DNA from: a bacterium
GTDB taxonomy: Bacteria; J088; JAWLBW01
DNA: 64,000 bases
NCBI GenBank assembly: GCA_041690355.1
Contig: JAWLHK010000006.1
Span: 186,001 to 250,000 of the forward strand
Reading direction: 5' to 3'
Shown here piece by piece: positions 37,312 through 47,900 of the stretch. A program made the translations under genes and the position numbers. Position 1 is the first letter of the stretch. Every line of letters starts with the position of its first letter. The notes under the pieces are model-generated. The model had not been told where the DNA came from and did not search any database. It worked only from the letters and a program-made list of their open reading frames with translations.

Positions 37312-38700
37312 TCACGGAAACTGCCAGCGAACGTCGGCGCCGACCAGAACCTTGGCGTAACTGTCGGCCGTCAAGGTTATGTCGGCGGCGCGCAGGTTTT
37401 CATTGTTCGTCCAGGCGCCCGAAAGGCGGGCCCCCAGGCTGCCCCACCAGCGGCTGAGGCCGAGGGCGAGGGTCAGGGCCTGATCGGTCCGGTCGACGGG
37501 CTGAGCCAGGTACGGGGTGAGCGCGAAGTCGAATGCGGCGTCGGCCACCAGCCCCGCCCCCACTTCGCCGCCGCCGAACAGACGGATGACCGCCAGGTCG
37601 TACTTCCAGTAATCGTCCTGCGACCGGTTCTGCTCATAGCTCCCGCCGAGGCCGAGATAGTTCGTGCGGCCCCAGAAGAAGAACTGCGTCAGCTCGGTGC
37701 GCCGGTTCACGCTGTCACGCCCGTCGAATGCGTAGTCATCGGCCCGCCACTGCCACGCGAGGCTGGTCGCCAGGCTGCTCCCTTCGGCCACCATCAGCCG
37801 CGGCGTGACGAGCCCGGCACGCTTATAGTAGTTGAAGTCGAGCGTCCAGTAGTCGGCGCCGAGCCCCAGTCCGATGCGCACGGGCAGGGTGCCGATGCGG
37901 TACTGGCCGTCGAGGCGCAGGTTGTGCACGCCGAGGTCGAAGGGCTGATGCACGGGCTTGAAGTAGCGCCCCTGATTGATGCCCGCGGCGATCTCGGCGC
38001 GAAAGGGTTTGGTCTCGAGCAGCGCATAGCGCCCCTGCGCATTCACGACGGCCCGCCACCCGTCGGCGTCGGCGGTGCTGGCGGGTAGCAGGAGGACGTT
38101 CGAATCGTAGCGCAGCCCCGCATCGACCGAGAGGGCCAGCTTCTGCTGCGCACGGCGGCGCTGAATGTCGGCGATGCCCGCCCGCGCCTCGTCGGCGAGC
38201 GCGCCGGCCGACTCGAGCTGCAGAAGGCGCTCGAAACTCTGCTGCGCCGTCACCAGGTCGCCGGCCGACATGGCCATCTTGCCGGCCTCGATGAGCGCGC
38301 GCGAGCCGAGCGGCCCCCGGAGCCGGGCCGCCTGCGAGTAGGCCCGATGCGCTTTCTCCCGGTCGCCGAGCGCTTCCCATGACTTGCCGAGAAAGAAGGC
38401 GGCGTCGCCGGCCAGGGGGCCGCGCAGGGGCGCAGCACTCAGAATGTCGACGGCCTCGCGATGGCGTCCGAGGCGCGACAGCGAGATGCCCAGCGGCAGC
38501 AGTACGTCGGGATCGTCGGGCCTCGCCGACCGGGCTCGTTCCAGGTAGACCACGGCACGCTCGTCCCGGCCCAGGCGAAAGAGCGTCGAGCCGATCTCGA
38601 CGTCGGTTTCCCAGGGGGCATCCTGGGCGCCGACAGGGCCCGGAAAGAGCAGGAAGATGGCGAACAGGACCAGAAGGGTCGGCAGGGTGTACTTGCGCAT
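37312..38700 (-). CDS. TPR-containing outer-membrane beta-barrel protein (Slam/DUF560-like architecture)
   Basis: Signal peptide; about 4 TPRs; GLRYDSNV barrel-start motif; amphipathic strands; C-terminal VRWQFP. Confidence 0.8.
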   Translation of the reverse strand: MRKYTLPTLLVLFAIFLLFPGPVGAQDAPWETDVEIGSTLFRLGRDERAVVYLERARSARPDDPDVLLPLGISLSRLGRHREAVDILSAAPLRGPLAGDAAFFLGKSWEALGDREKAHRAYSQAARLRGPLGSRALIEAGKMAMSAGDLVTAQQSFERLLQLESAGALADEARAGIADIQRRRAQQKLALSVDAGLRYDSNVLLLPASTADADGWRAVVNAQGRYALLETKPFRAEIAAGINQGRYFKPVHQPFDLGVHNLRLDGQYRIGTLPVRIGLGLGADYWTLDFNYYKRAGLVTPRLMVAEGSSLATSLAWQWRADDYAFDGRDSVNRRTELTQFFFWGRTNYLGLGGSYEQNRSQDDYWKYDLAVIRLFGGGEVGAGLVADAAFDFALTPYLAQPVDRTDQALTLALGLSRWWGSLGARLSGAWTNNENLRAADITLTADSYAKVLVGADVRWQFP

Positions 38701-38816
38701 GTGCGTAACGCGGCGATCTTCAGGGTGAAGCGGTAGCCTAGCAGGTCACGACGCAACGCGCTAGTCGGCGGCGGAACTCGGGAGGCGGGTGGGTTGCCGG
38801 AGTGTGATCGGGATCG

Positions 38817-38845
38817 TTGTGAGGGGTCGGGGGCTATGGTACGAT
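38817..38845 (+). promoter_or_regulatory. sigma70-type promoter of the giant lipoprotein gene
   Basis: TTGTGA-17 nt-(TG.)TACGAT. Confidence 0.55.
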
Positions 38846-38921
38846 TGCTCCCGGCGTGCCGCCCCACGAGCGGCACGCCTTCGACTCCTATCGGTTTTCT
38901 CCGAGTCTTTCGGGGGGGGAT

Positions 38922-41900
38922 ATGGCACCAGCGAAGGCTACGGCGCGGCTTCTGACCGGCGCGTTGCTCTTTTTTCTTTCAGCCGCTTGCGGCGGCGGCG
39001 AGCCGGGCGGGCTTGCCTTCAGGGCACATTTTCCCGACCACGTGTCTTTCGGAGATACCCGCGGCGACCTCCGGCCCGCGGCGTACCGTACGGCGGGCTA
39101 CGACACCGCGGTGACGCTGTCGACGGTTCGCGTCCTGCTTGCGCGCGACGGAGCCGTCGTCAAGACCGAGACCTTCAGCGCCGCCGCTCGCGAGGCCGAA
39201 CTCATCGGCATCGAACCGGGCATGTACCAGGTGACCGTCGAGGGGCTCGTGGGGGCAACCGTCGTGGTGCGCGATCGGAAAAACGGCATTCACGTTCCGT
39301 CGGCCACGGTCGCAGACGCGGGTGAGTTCTTTCTGAGCCCCGTGAAGCCGCGCCGCCCCGTCCTGAGCGCATACCCCGCTCCGATCACGAACCAGGCCGC
39401 ACTGGTTCTCGAAGGGACGAAGGAGATGTACACCGGCGTCTCGCTCGGAGGCCGTACGGTGGTGGCGCCCGATGAGAAGAAAACCTTCCGCCACGACGTC
39501 CGGCTGGCCGAGGGGGCCAACGCGCTGGTTCTCGCGGCCGTGAACCGTCTCGACGAGCCCGGTGAGACGCTCGCGCTGAACGTCACGCTCGATACCCAGC
39601 CGCCGGCTATCTCCCTGCTTCACCTGTCCAACTCGGCGACTGCCGTCAGCACGACGGCCGTCACGCTCGAACTGCGCGCCGAAGGGGCCAGCGCGATGAA
39701 GCTGAGCGAGTCGACGGACTTCACGGGGGCCGTCTGGCAACCGTTCAGCGCGGCGCCCCGGTTCACGCTGTCGGCGACGCCGGGGTTGAAGACGATCTAT
39801 GCCCTCGTGCGGGATCGCGCCGGCAACGTGAGCGAGCGGCAGAGCCTCGTGGTCACCTACGATACGACCCCTCCGCCGGCGCCGCAGGTCGGCATGGCCG
39901 GCGGGGCCGTCTACTCCCGCACGCGCACCGTCGTTCTTCAGGTTGCGGCTGCCGGGGCGACCGAGGTGCTCGTGCAGGAGGCGGGTACTGCGGCGGGCGC
40001 CTGGCAGGCGCTTGCGACCCAGGTCCCCTTCACGGTGTCGGCCGGCGACGGCCCGAAATCGCTGCTCGTGCGCGTGCGCGACGCCGCCGGAAACATCTCG
40101 CAGGCCTCGGGGGTCGAGGTCACGCTCGACGCAACTCCGCCGTCGACGCCGGGAGCGCCTGTTTTCAACGCCAATCCCGTGACGGGCCCGGTGTCGTTCT
40201 CCTGGACGCCGGCAACCGACGTGACGTCTGGCGTGAAACAATACGTCTATCAGTACAGTGCCGACGGGGGATCGGTCTGGGGAGGCAACCTCGTCGCCGT
40301 CGGTACGTCGGCGGGGATCGTGCTCGATTTCTCCGGCACCTATCTTTTCCGCGTCGCCGCGGTTGACTTCGCGGGAAGTACGGGTCCGTGGTCTGTGAAT
40401 TCGGTGCCCCTCGTCGTGTCCGATTCGGCGCCAACCGCGCCGGGGACGCCGACGTTCGCCGCCAACCCGGTCAGCGGACCGACCATCGTTTCGTGGACGG
40501 CCGCCACGGATCCGGGATCGAACATCGAGCTCTATCAGCTCGAGACCAGTATCGACGGCGGCACCACCTGGCAGCTAGTGCTGACCACGGCGTCCACGAG
40601 CGGCCAACTCACCCCGGAAGTGGAGGGGACCCTTCTCGTTCGGGTCCGTGCGATCAACGCGCTCGCCGTAAGCGGCCCCTATTCCACGGAAGCCGCGTTG
40701 ACGGTAGACCTGACGCCGCCGGTTCTGGAGTCGATCAGCATTGGTGGAGGCGGTTTCACCAATGTTCCGCTGATCACGGTCACGCTCCCGGCATTCCAGG
40801 CGCTTGAATATCAGCTCTCCGAAGACCCGGCCTTTGCGGGCGCGGTCTGGGCGGCATTCGATCCGAGCCCTGCATTCAACCTTGCGCCGGGGGATGGAAG
40901 CCGCACGGTCTATGCCCGGGTACGCGATGCGGTGGGCCATGTCTCGACCGTGCAGAGCGCATCCGTGGTGCTCGATACGCTCTCTCCGGGGGCGCCTGTC
41001 GGCCCGTCCTTCAGCGCGAATCCGGTCTCCGAGTCCGTGCAGATCAACTGGAGCGTGGTCACTGATTCAGGCAGCGGCGTCGAGCAGTACCTGGTCGAGG
41101 AGTCGACCGATGGGGTCACGTTCGGGTCGACCCTGGCCGTAACCGGTCCCACGGCGGATATCTTTTATTTCCTCACCTCGCAGACCCTCTATTACCGCGT
41201 CCAGGCGGTTGATCGTGCGGGGAACGCCGGATCGTGGTCGACGGTCATCGGGCCTTTGACCGTCGATCGCTCGCCTCCGTCGGCTCCGGGAGTACCGGCA
41301 CTTTCGACGACGCTCACGAATACGTCGGTCTCGTTGACCTGGGACCCGGCCGTCGATGTCGACACGGCGATCGTGAGCTACGATATCGAAAAGACTGTCG
41401 ACGGCGGCGCGACATGGTTTCCCCTCGGTTCGACGGCAGGGACGTCGTTCACCTATTCCGTTTCCGTACCCGGCCAGCTCCAGTTCCGCGTCCGCGCGCG
41501 CGATCAGGTCGGCCACGTGGGCGCCTATTCCACAAGTTCGGCCCCTCTTGCCGTGGATTTGACGGATCCGGTCGTGAGCCTGTTCGAAATCAACGGCACC
41601 CCGGCTTTCGTCGGCATGCTGTCGGTCGACCTGAACATGGACGCAAGCGACGACACGGGGGTCGAACAGTTCGAGATTGCCAACGACGCCGGCTTTCAGT
41701 TCGCGCAGGCCGTGTCTTATCAGACCAGCTACCTGGGATGGGCACTGGGTGGCGGCGATGGTGTCCAGACCATCTATCTTCGCGCCCGCGACGGCGCCGG
41801 TAATTACTCGGCGGTGGTCAGCACCACGACGATTCTCGATACGACGCCCCCCGCGTCCGTCGCCAACATAGGTTTTTCTGCCAATCCGGTTTCTGACACG

Positions 41901-44900
41901 GTGACCCTGACCTGGAGCGGCGGTAGCGACACCGGCTCCGGATTCGCGAGCTTCAACGTCGAGCGCAGCGACGACGGGGGAGCCACCTGGGGACTCTTCG
42001 GCGTTCCGACGACCCCCAGCTTTCTCGAAGAGGCCATGGTAGACGGCGACTATACATACCGGATCGCCGCCGAAGACGCCGTCGGCAACGTGGGTGCGCC
42101 GTCCTTGTCGGGATTGCTGGTGGTCGACACCCTCGAGCCCGTATTTTCAGGCGCCGTCTCTTTCTCCAGCAATCCGGTCACAGGCAGCGTACAGCTCGTC
42201 TGGCCGAGCGCGAGCGACGATCGCGGCACGATTGCCGGATACGATGTGGGGCGCTCCGCCGACGGCGGCGCGACCTGGGTCTATGTTGCCCGCGACCTCG
42301 CCGGTACGAGCTACATCGATACGGGTATCCCCGCCGGCGAATACATGTACCGGATCCGCGCCCGCGACCCGGCCGGTAACGGAACCTATCTCCTTTCGGG
42401 TCTGTTGACGGCCGACGACGGCCCCCCGCCGGCCCCGGATGCGCCGGTTGCCAGCGCGACGGTCACGAACTCCCCGATGATCACCGTCTCCTGGAATGCG
42501 GTAACCGACCCCACCGGAATCGCCAACTACGATGTCGAGCAGACGAGCGACGGGGGGTCGATCTGGAATCCGGTGACGACGACTGCGTCTGCTTCGATCA
42601 TGACGACCCTCACCGACGGCGTCTACGGGTTCAGAGTCAGGGCCCGGGACAACAGTGGGCAGGTCTCTGCCTGGTCATCTCCCAGTGCCACCGTGACCGT
42701 CGACACCCAGATGCCTGATGTGGTTATCGATGCCCCGCTGCCCGCGACCTGGTACGGCGCCGGACTCATGGCTTCGGGCACCGCGACCGACTTTGGTTCC
42801 GCGGGGCTCACCGAGGTCGCCTACGCGGTTTTCGACGGCGCTCTCTACTATGACGGCACAGGATTTTCGTCGGGAACCCCCGTCTGGCTTCCGGCGGCGG
42901 GGCTCGCTTCCTGGACTGCCGACCTGAGCCTGCTGCCCCCGGGCAGCTATACGCTCGAGGCGCAGGCCACCGACGCCGCGGGCAATCTTTCGCTCGTGGC
43001 CCAGGTTTCGTTCGGGATCGACGCCGCGCCGCCGACCTGCGGCGTCTGCGCGACGCTGACCGGCGACGCCGACACCTATGCCACCACGTCGGCCGTCACG
43101 CTCGCCAGCGACGTGGTCGACGATACGACGCTCGAGGCCATGGTCACCGGCGACATCGCCGACGCGTTTGCGGGCACCTGGGTTGCCTGGGAAGGCACCT
43201 TGGGCCTGACCCTGACGGCGGGCGAGGGGACCAAGTTCGTCGACGTCAGCTTCCGCGATCAGGCGGGCAATCTCTCGGGACCTCACTCGACTTCGATTAC
43301 CTTCGACGAGACGCCGCCGACCGCCCCTGAAGCCTTGAGCTTCACGGCGAATCCGGCAGGGGCGAGCTATTCCGTTCTCTGGTCGGCCTCGGACGGCAGC
43401 TGGCTTCCGGTTGCCGACTATGAGGTGGAACGCAGCGTCGACGGAGGCGCTTCGTGGACCCCGCTGGGAACCGTGGTTCCCACGCAGTACGACGAAACCG
43501 GTATGGCGCACGGCACGTACGTCTATCGGGTGCGGGCCCGAGACACCCTGAGCCGATACTCGGCATTCTCCCTGCCGGCGACCGTCTCGGTCGATCTGCA
43601 GCCGCCGGCCGTGACGATGTTCGATCCCTATCCGCAATCCTACTCGTTCGCCCCCACGGTGACGGGTACGGCGCAGGATGAAAGCGCGCTGGGCGTGATG
43701 CAGGTCGAGGTCAACCTCAGCAACGGCAGCCTGTTCTGGGATGGGGCGGCTTTCACATCGCCGGGCATCGTCTGGCTTGCGGCTTCGGGCGCCGAATCCT
43801 GGTCCTGGCCACTGCCGGGACTGGCTGACGGCACGTATTTCGTCGAGGCGCGGGCCACCGACTACGCCAACAACATCGGCGCCCAGAGCGGGCCGCGGCC
43901 GTTCACGATTGACACCCTGACCCCCGCCTGCTCTTTCTGCGTGGCCGTCGAGCCCATGAAGGGGAATTATCCCTTCGCTACCGAAACAGCGGTCAACCTG
44001 CACTTCGATGTTTCGGGTGAAACCGGCCCGGTCGAAATGCGCATTACGGGGGATGTCACCGATCCGTGGGCCGGGACGTGGGTACCATACGCCTCGCCGG
44101 TTTCGGCCATGCTGACGGCCGGTGACGGTGTCAAGACCGTCTATGCGGAATTCCGCGACGCGGCCTTCAATGCGACCGGCGTCTACTTCGACAGCGTGAC
44201 GCTCGATACCGCCGGCCCCAGCCTTTTCGGCATTACCCTCGCGGGCGGCGCGGTGGCCGTGAGCGAACCAACGATTTCGCTCGCGCTGAGCGACAGCGGC
44301 GGCGCGGCGCTCCTGGCCGTCACCGGTGAAACCGTTGAGTTCCAGATTCGACCCTATGCGCCGTTCACGACGACGACGCTCGCCTATGCTTCGGCCGCGA
44401 CGTTCTACAATAGCGGCCAGGCCGAGCTCATTTATGATGGCGTTCTCCAGAGCGACGGCAAGCTGGTCGTCGCCGGCTCGCGCTACAACGGCGCCGACGG
44501 TGACATGCTTCTCGCCCGCTTCACCCCGAACGGCACGCTGGACGCAGGCTTCGGTGCCGGGGGCATCGTCAGCCTCGACATCGGCGGCACCAATGCGGCC
44601 GACTACGCTTATGCCGTCACCGTGCAGACCGACGGCAGAATCGTCGTCGCCGGTTCGAGCGGCCCCTCGGCCTTCGTCGCCCGCTTCACGCAGAACGGCT
44701 CGCTCGACACGCTCTTCAGCGGTGACGGCAAGCATTTCCAGAACGGCGGCATCTCGAGCTACTTCTCGGCCGTCCAGGTGCAGGCAGACGGCCGGATTCT
44801 CGCGGCCGGCACCAACGTGCTCGCCAGCAACGAGAACGTCTATCTCATGCGCTTCAACACCGACGGCACCCCCGACAACGCGTTTGGCTCGCTCGGGATC

Positions 44901-47900
44901 GCCGAAGTCGATCTGTCACCCTCGAGCATCGACCGCGCCTACGGCCTCGCCCTGCAGGCCGACGGCCGGATCGTCATCGCCGGCCGTCTCGACGCCGGCA
45001 CCTCGTTCGTGGCGCGCCTGCAGAGCGGCGGCGCGCTCGACACGTCGTTCAACGGCACGGGCGTCGCGACCATGAATCCGGGCGGGCAGAGCCTCTTCAA
45101 CGAAGTGGCCGTTCAGGATGATGGATTCATCGTGGCGGTCGGACAGGCGCAGCCCGCGACGCAGTTCGATGCGACCGTCGCGCGCTTTACCCCCGAAGGC
45201 GGGCCCGACAACGGATTCGCCGACAACGGCCTTTTCATCCACCCGTTTTCGGCGGCCGCCGATTATGCCGTAGACCTCTCCATCGACGAAAAGGGTATTG
45301 TCGTGGCCGGCTATGGTTACGGAAACGGAAACGACGATTACTTGGTCTTCCGCCTGCGGCCGAACGGGCAGCTCGATGACAAATTCGGGACGCAGGGTCA
45401 CAGGTGGGCCGACATGTCGGGGGGCACCGACAACGCCCGCGCCATGGTGCGGCTTGCCGACGGCCGCATGGCGCTCATCGGCGACGCAGCCGTTTCGGGG
45501 AACCAGGACCTGGTCATCGCCCAACTGCTCCCCGACGGCCGCCCCGACGGCAGCTACGGAATGGCGTCTGACAGTCTGAAGACAGTCTGGGTGCGCATCG
45601 CCGATGAGGCGGGCAACTGGAGCGACCCGGTCAGCGCGGCCATCGATCTGGATCGGGCGCCTCCGGGGGGCGGTATCGCGCTTCCCGCGTCGGCTACGGA
45701 TGCGCTCGTCAGCGTCAATCTGCTCGCCACCGACGCGAACGGACCGATTGAAATGATGCTGAGCGGCGATATCACGGATCCCTTCCGCAATACGTGGATC
45801 GGGTATCAGAGTAACATCACGCTGACCACCACGGCCGGGCGCGGCACGAAGACCGTGACGGTGCGCTTCCGCGACGCTCTGGGCAACACGGGGCCGGTGA
45901 AATCGGATTCGACGCTGCTCGATGTGCCCGAAAGCTATACGCTCGGGGTCACGTCGGGCACGGGCAACGAGGTCGTGCTCATCTCGGGCGCGGGTTATGG
46001 CGCTCTCCAGGGAACCGGCTATGTCGACATCGGCGGCTTTTCGGCCATCATCAACAGCTGGTCCGACACGACCATCGAATTTCTGGTTCCCGAGGGCGTT
46101 CCTGCGGGTCCGCGCGATGTGATGGTCGTGCGCGATGACGGCCTCGATGCCAATCTGCTCCCGTTCGACGTACGCCCCTCAATCATTTCCGACCTTTCGG
46201 GGGTGGTCACGGGCGGCGATACCTTCGTGGCCAGCGGGACCAACTTCGAAGCCGGACTCACCGCGACCCTGGATGGAAATCCGGTTTCCATCAGCGCGGT
46301 ATACTCGAACGAATTCCACGTCACCGTCGACACCGCACAGGAGCCGGGTTCGTGGCCCCTCGTCGCCACGGTAAACGGCCGGGAGTCGAACCCCTACTTC
46401 ATCGCGATTCGCCCGAACATCGTGTCGCTCGACCTTTCGTCGGCCGCGGGCGGCGACGTCGTGACCATTACCGGGCACAACTTTGGTGCCGCGCTCGGCA
46501 CAGTCCTGGTCGACGCTGCGCCCGTTGTCGCCTCCTATTGGGACAATACGACCATCACATTCACCCTGCCCAACGAGACGAACCCGGGCAGCCGGGTCGT
46601 CATGGTCGAAGCGGGGGGCGAGCAGAGCAACACCTGGGGTCTCAACGTCGCCATGACGCTGGTGAGCGCGCTGCCCAACTTCGCATCGGGCAATGAACAG
46701 ATCGCCATCTCGGGCGCCAACTTCGGCGCCACGCAGGGAACGGTCGAGTTCGACGGTTCACCGCTTTCGATCGTCAGCTGGACGAGCACGGTCATCGAAG
46801 CGCTGTTGCCGCCGGAGCCCGAGGCCGGACCGGGCACACTCTCGGTGACCGAAGGCTATGCGTTTTCGACGACGTCGATGGCCTACACGATGGCGGCCCG
46901 CATCACCGAGGTAACCCCGGTGACGGTCACCCCCGACGACATGATTGTCATTCGCGGCACCAACTTCGGCGCCGTGCAGGGTGCGAACACAGTCGACGTC
47001 GGAGGAATCTCGGCCGGCATCCTTTTCTGGGGCACTCGTGAAATTCAGGCCACGGTGCCGAACGGTATCCAGCCGGGTACCCGGTTCGTTTCGGTCGACG
47101 TTGCGGGCGCGCCTTCGAACACGGTGGCCCTGACCGTCAAACCCGAGGTCAACTATGTCTCGCCCGGTCCGGGCGCGACGGGCGGCGAAAACATCACGAT
47201 CTCGGGTGCGGCTTTCGGAGATGTAATGGGTTCGGTTACCGTCGGCGGCATTTCCGCTCCGGTAGCTTCATGGTCGAACTACAGCATCAGTGCGACCGTG
47301 CCGACCAGCGTCGCGGCCGGCTGGCGTGACGTGGTCGTGACCGCGGCCGGGCAGGCGAGCCCGCCGTGGTCGTATGCCATCAAGCCGGGGGTGACGGCGC
47401 TTTCGCCCGCGACCGGCCCCGTGGGGACCGTCGTGCAGATTCTCGGCCACAACTTCGGGCCCCCGGTCACCGGAAACGCGGTCGAAATCTATGGCGTGTC
47501 GGTGACGCCGGATACGTGGACAGACACGCAGATCACGTTCACGGTGCCGCCGCTGCCCAACGGTCTCGCTTCGGTGGCCGTCATCGTCGATTTCCAATAC
47601 AGCCAGTACCTGAACTTCAACGTCGTGCCCGGCGTACCGGTCATCGACTCGGCGCCGGCAACGTCTCAACCGAATGACACGGTCATCATTCTGGGCTCGC
47701 ATTTCGGCGACTTCCAGGGCGACAGTCAGGTCTTCTTCGGGGGGAGCCAGGCGTTCGTGAACTCGTGGAGCGATACGAGTCTCGAAGTCGTCATGCCTCC
47801 CTACGCCGCCCCCGGCACGCTCGAAGTCTGGGTGCGCACGGCCGGCGGAGAGTCGAACCGGGTGCCGCTTGAACATCAGCGCCCGTGGATCGATCATCGC

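Noticed and set aside
40100-42700. Impression of more A/T-ending codons inside the giant gene (possible mosaic origin)
   Set aside because: Cannot be quantified by eye; needs a sliding-window GC3 calculation
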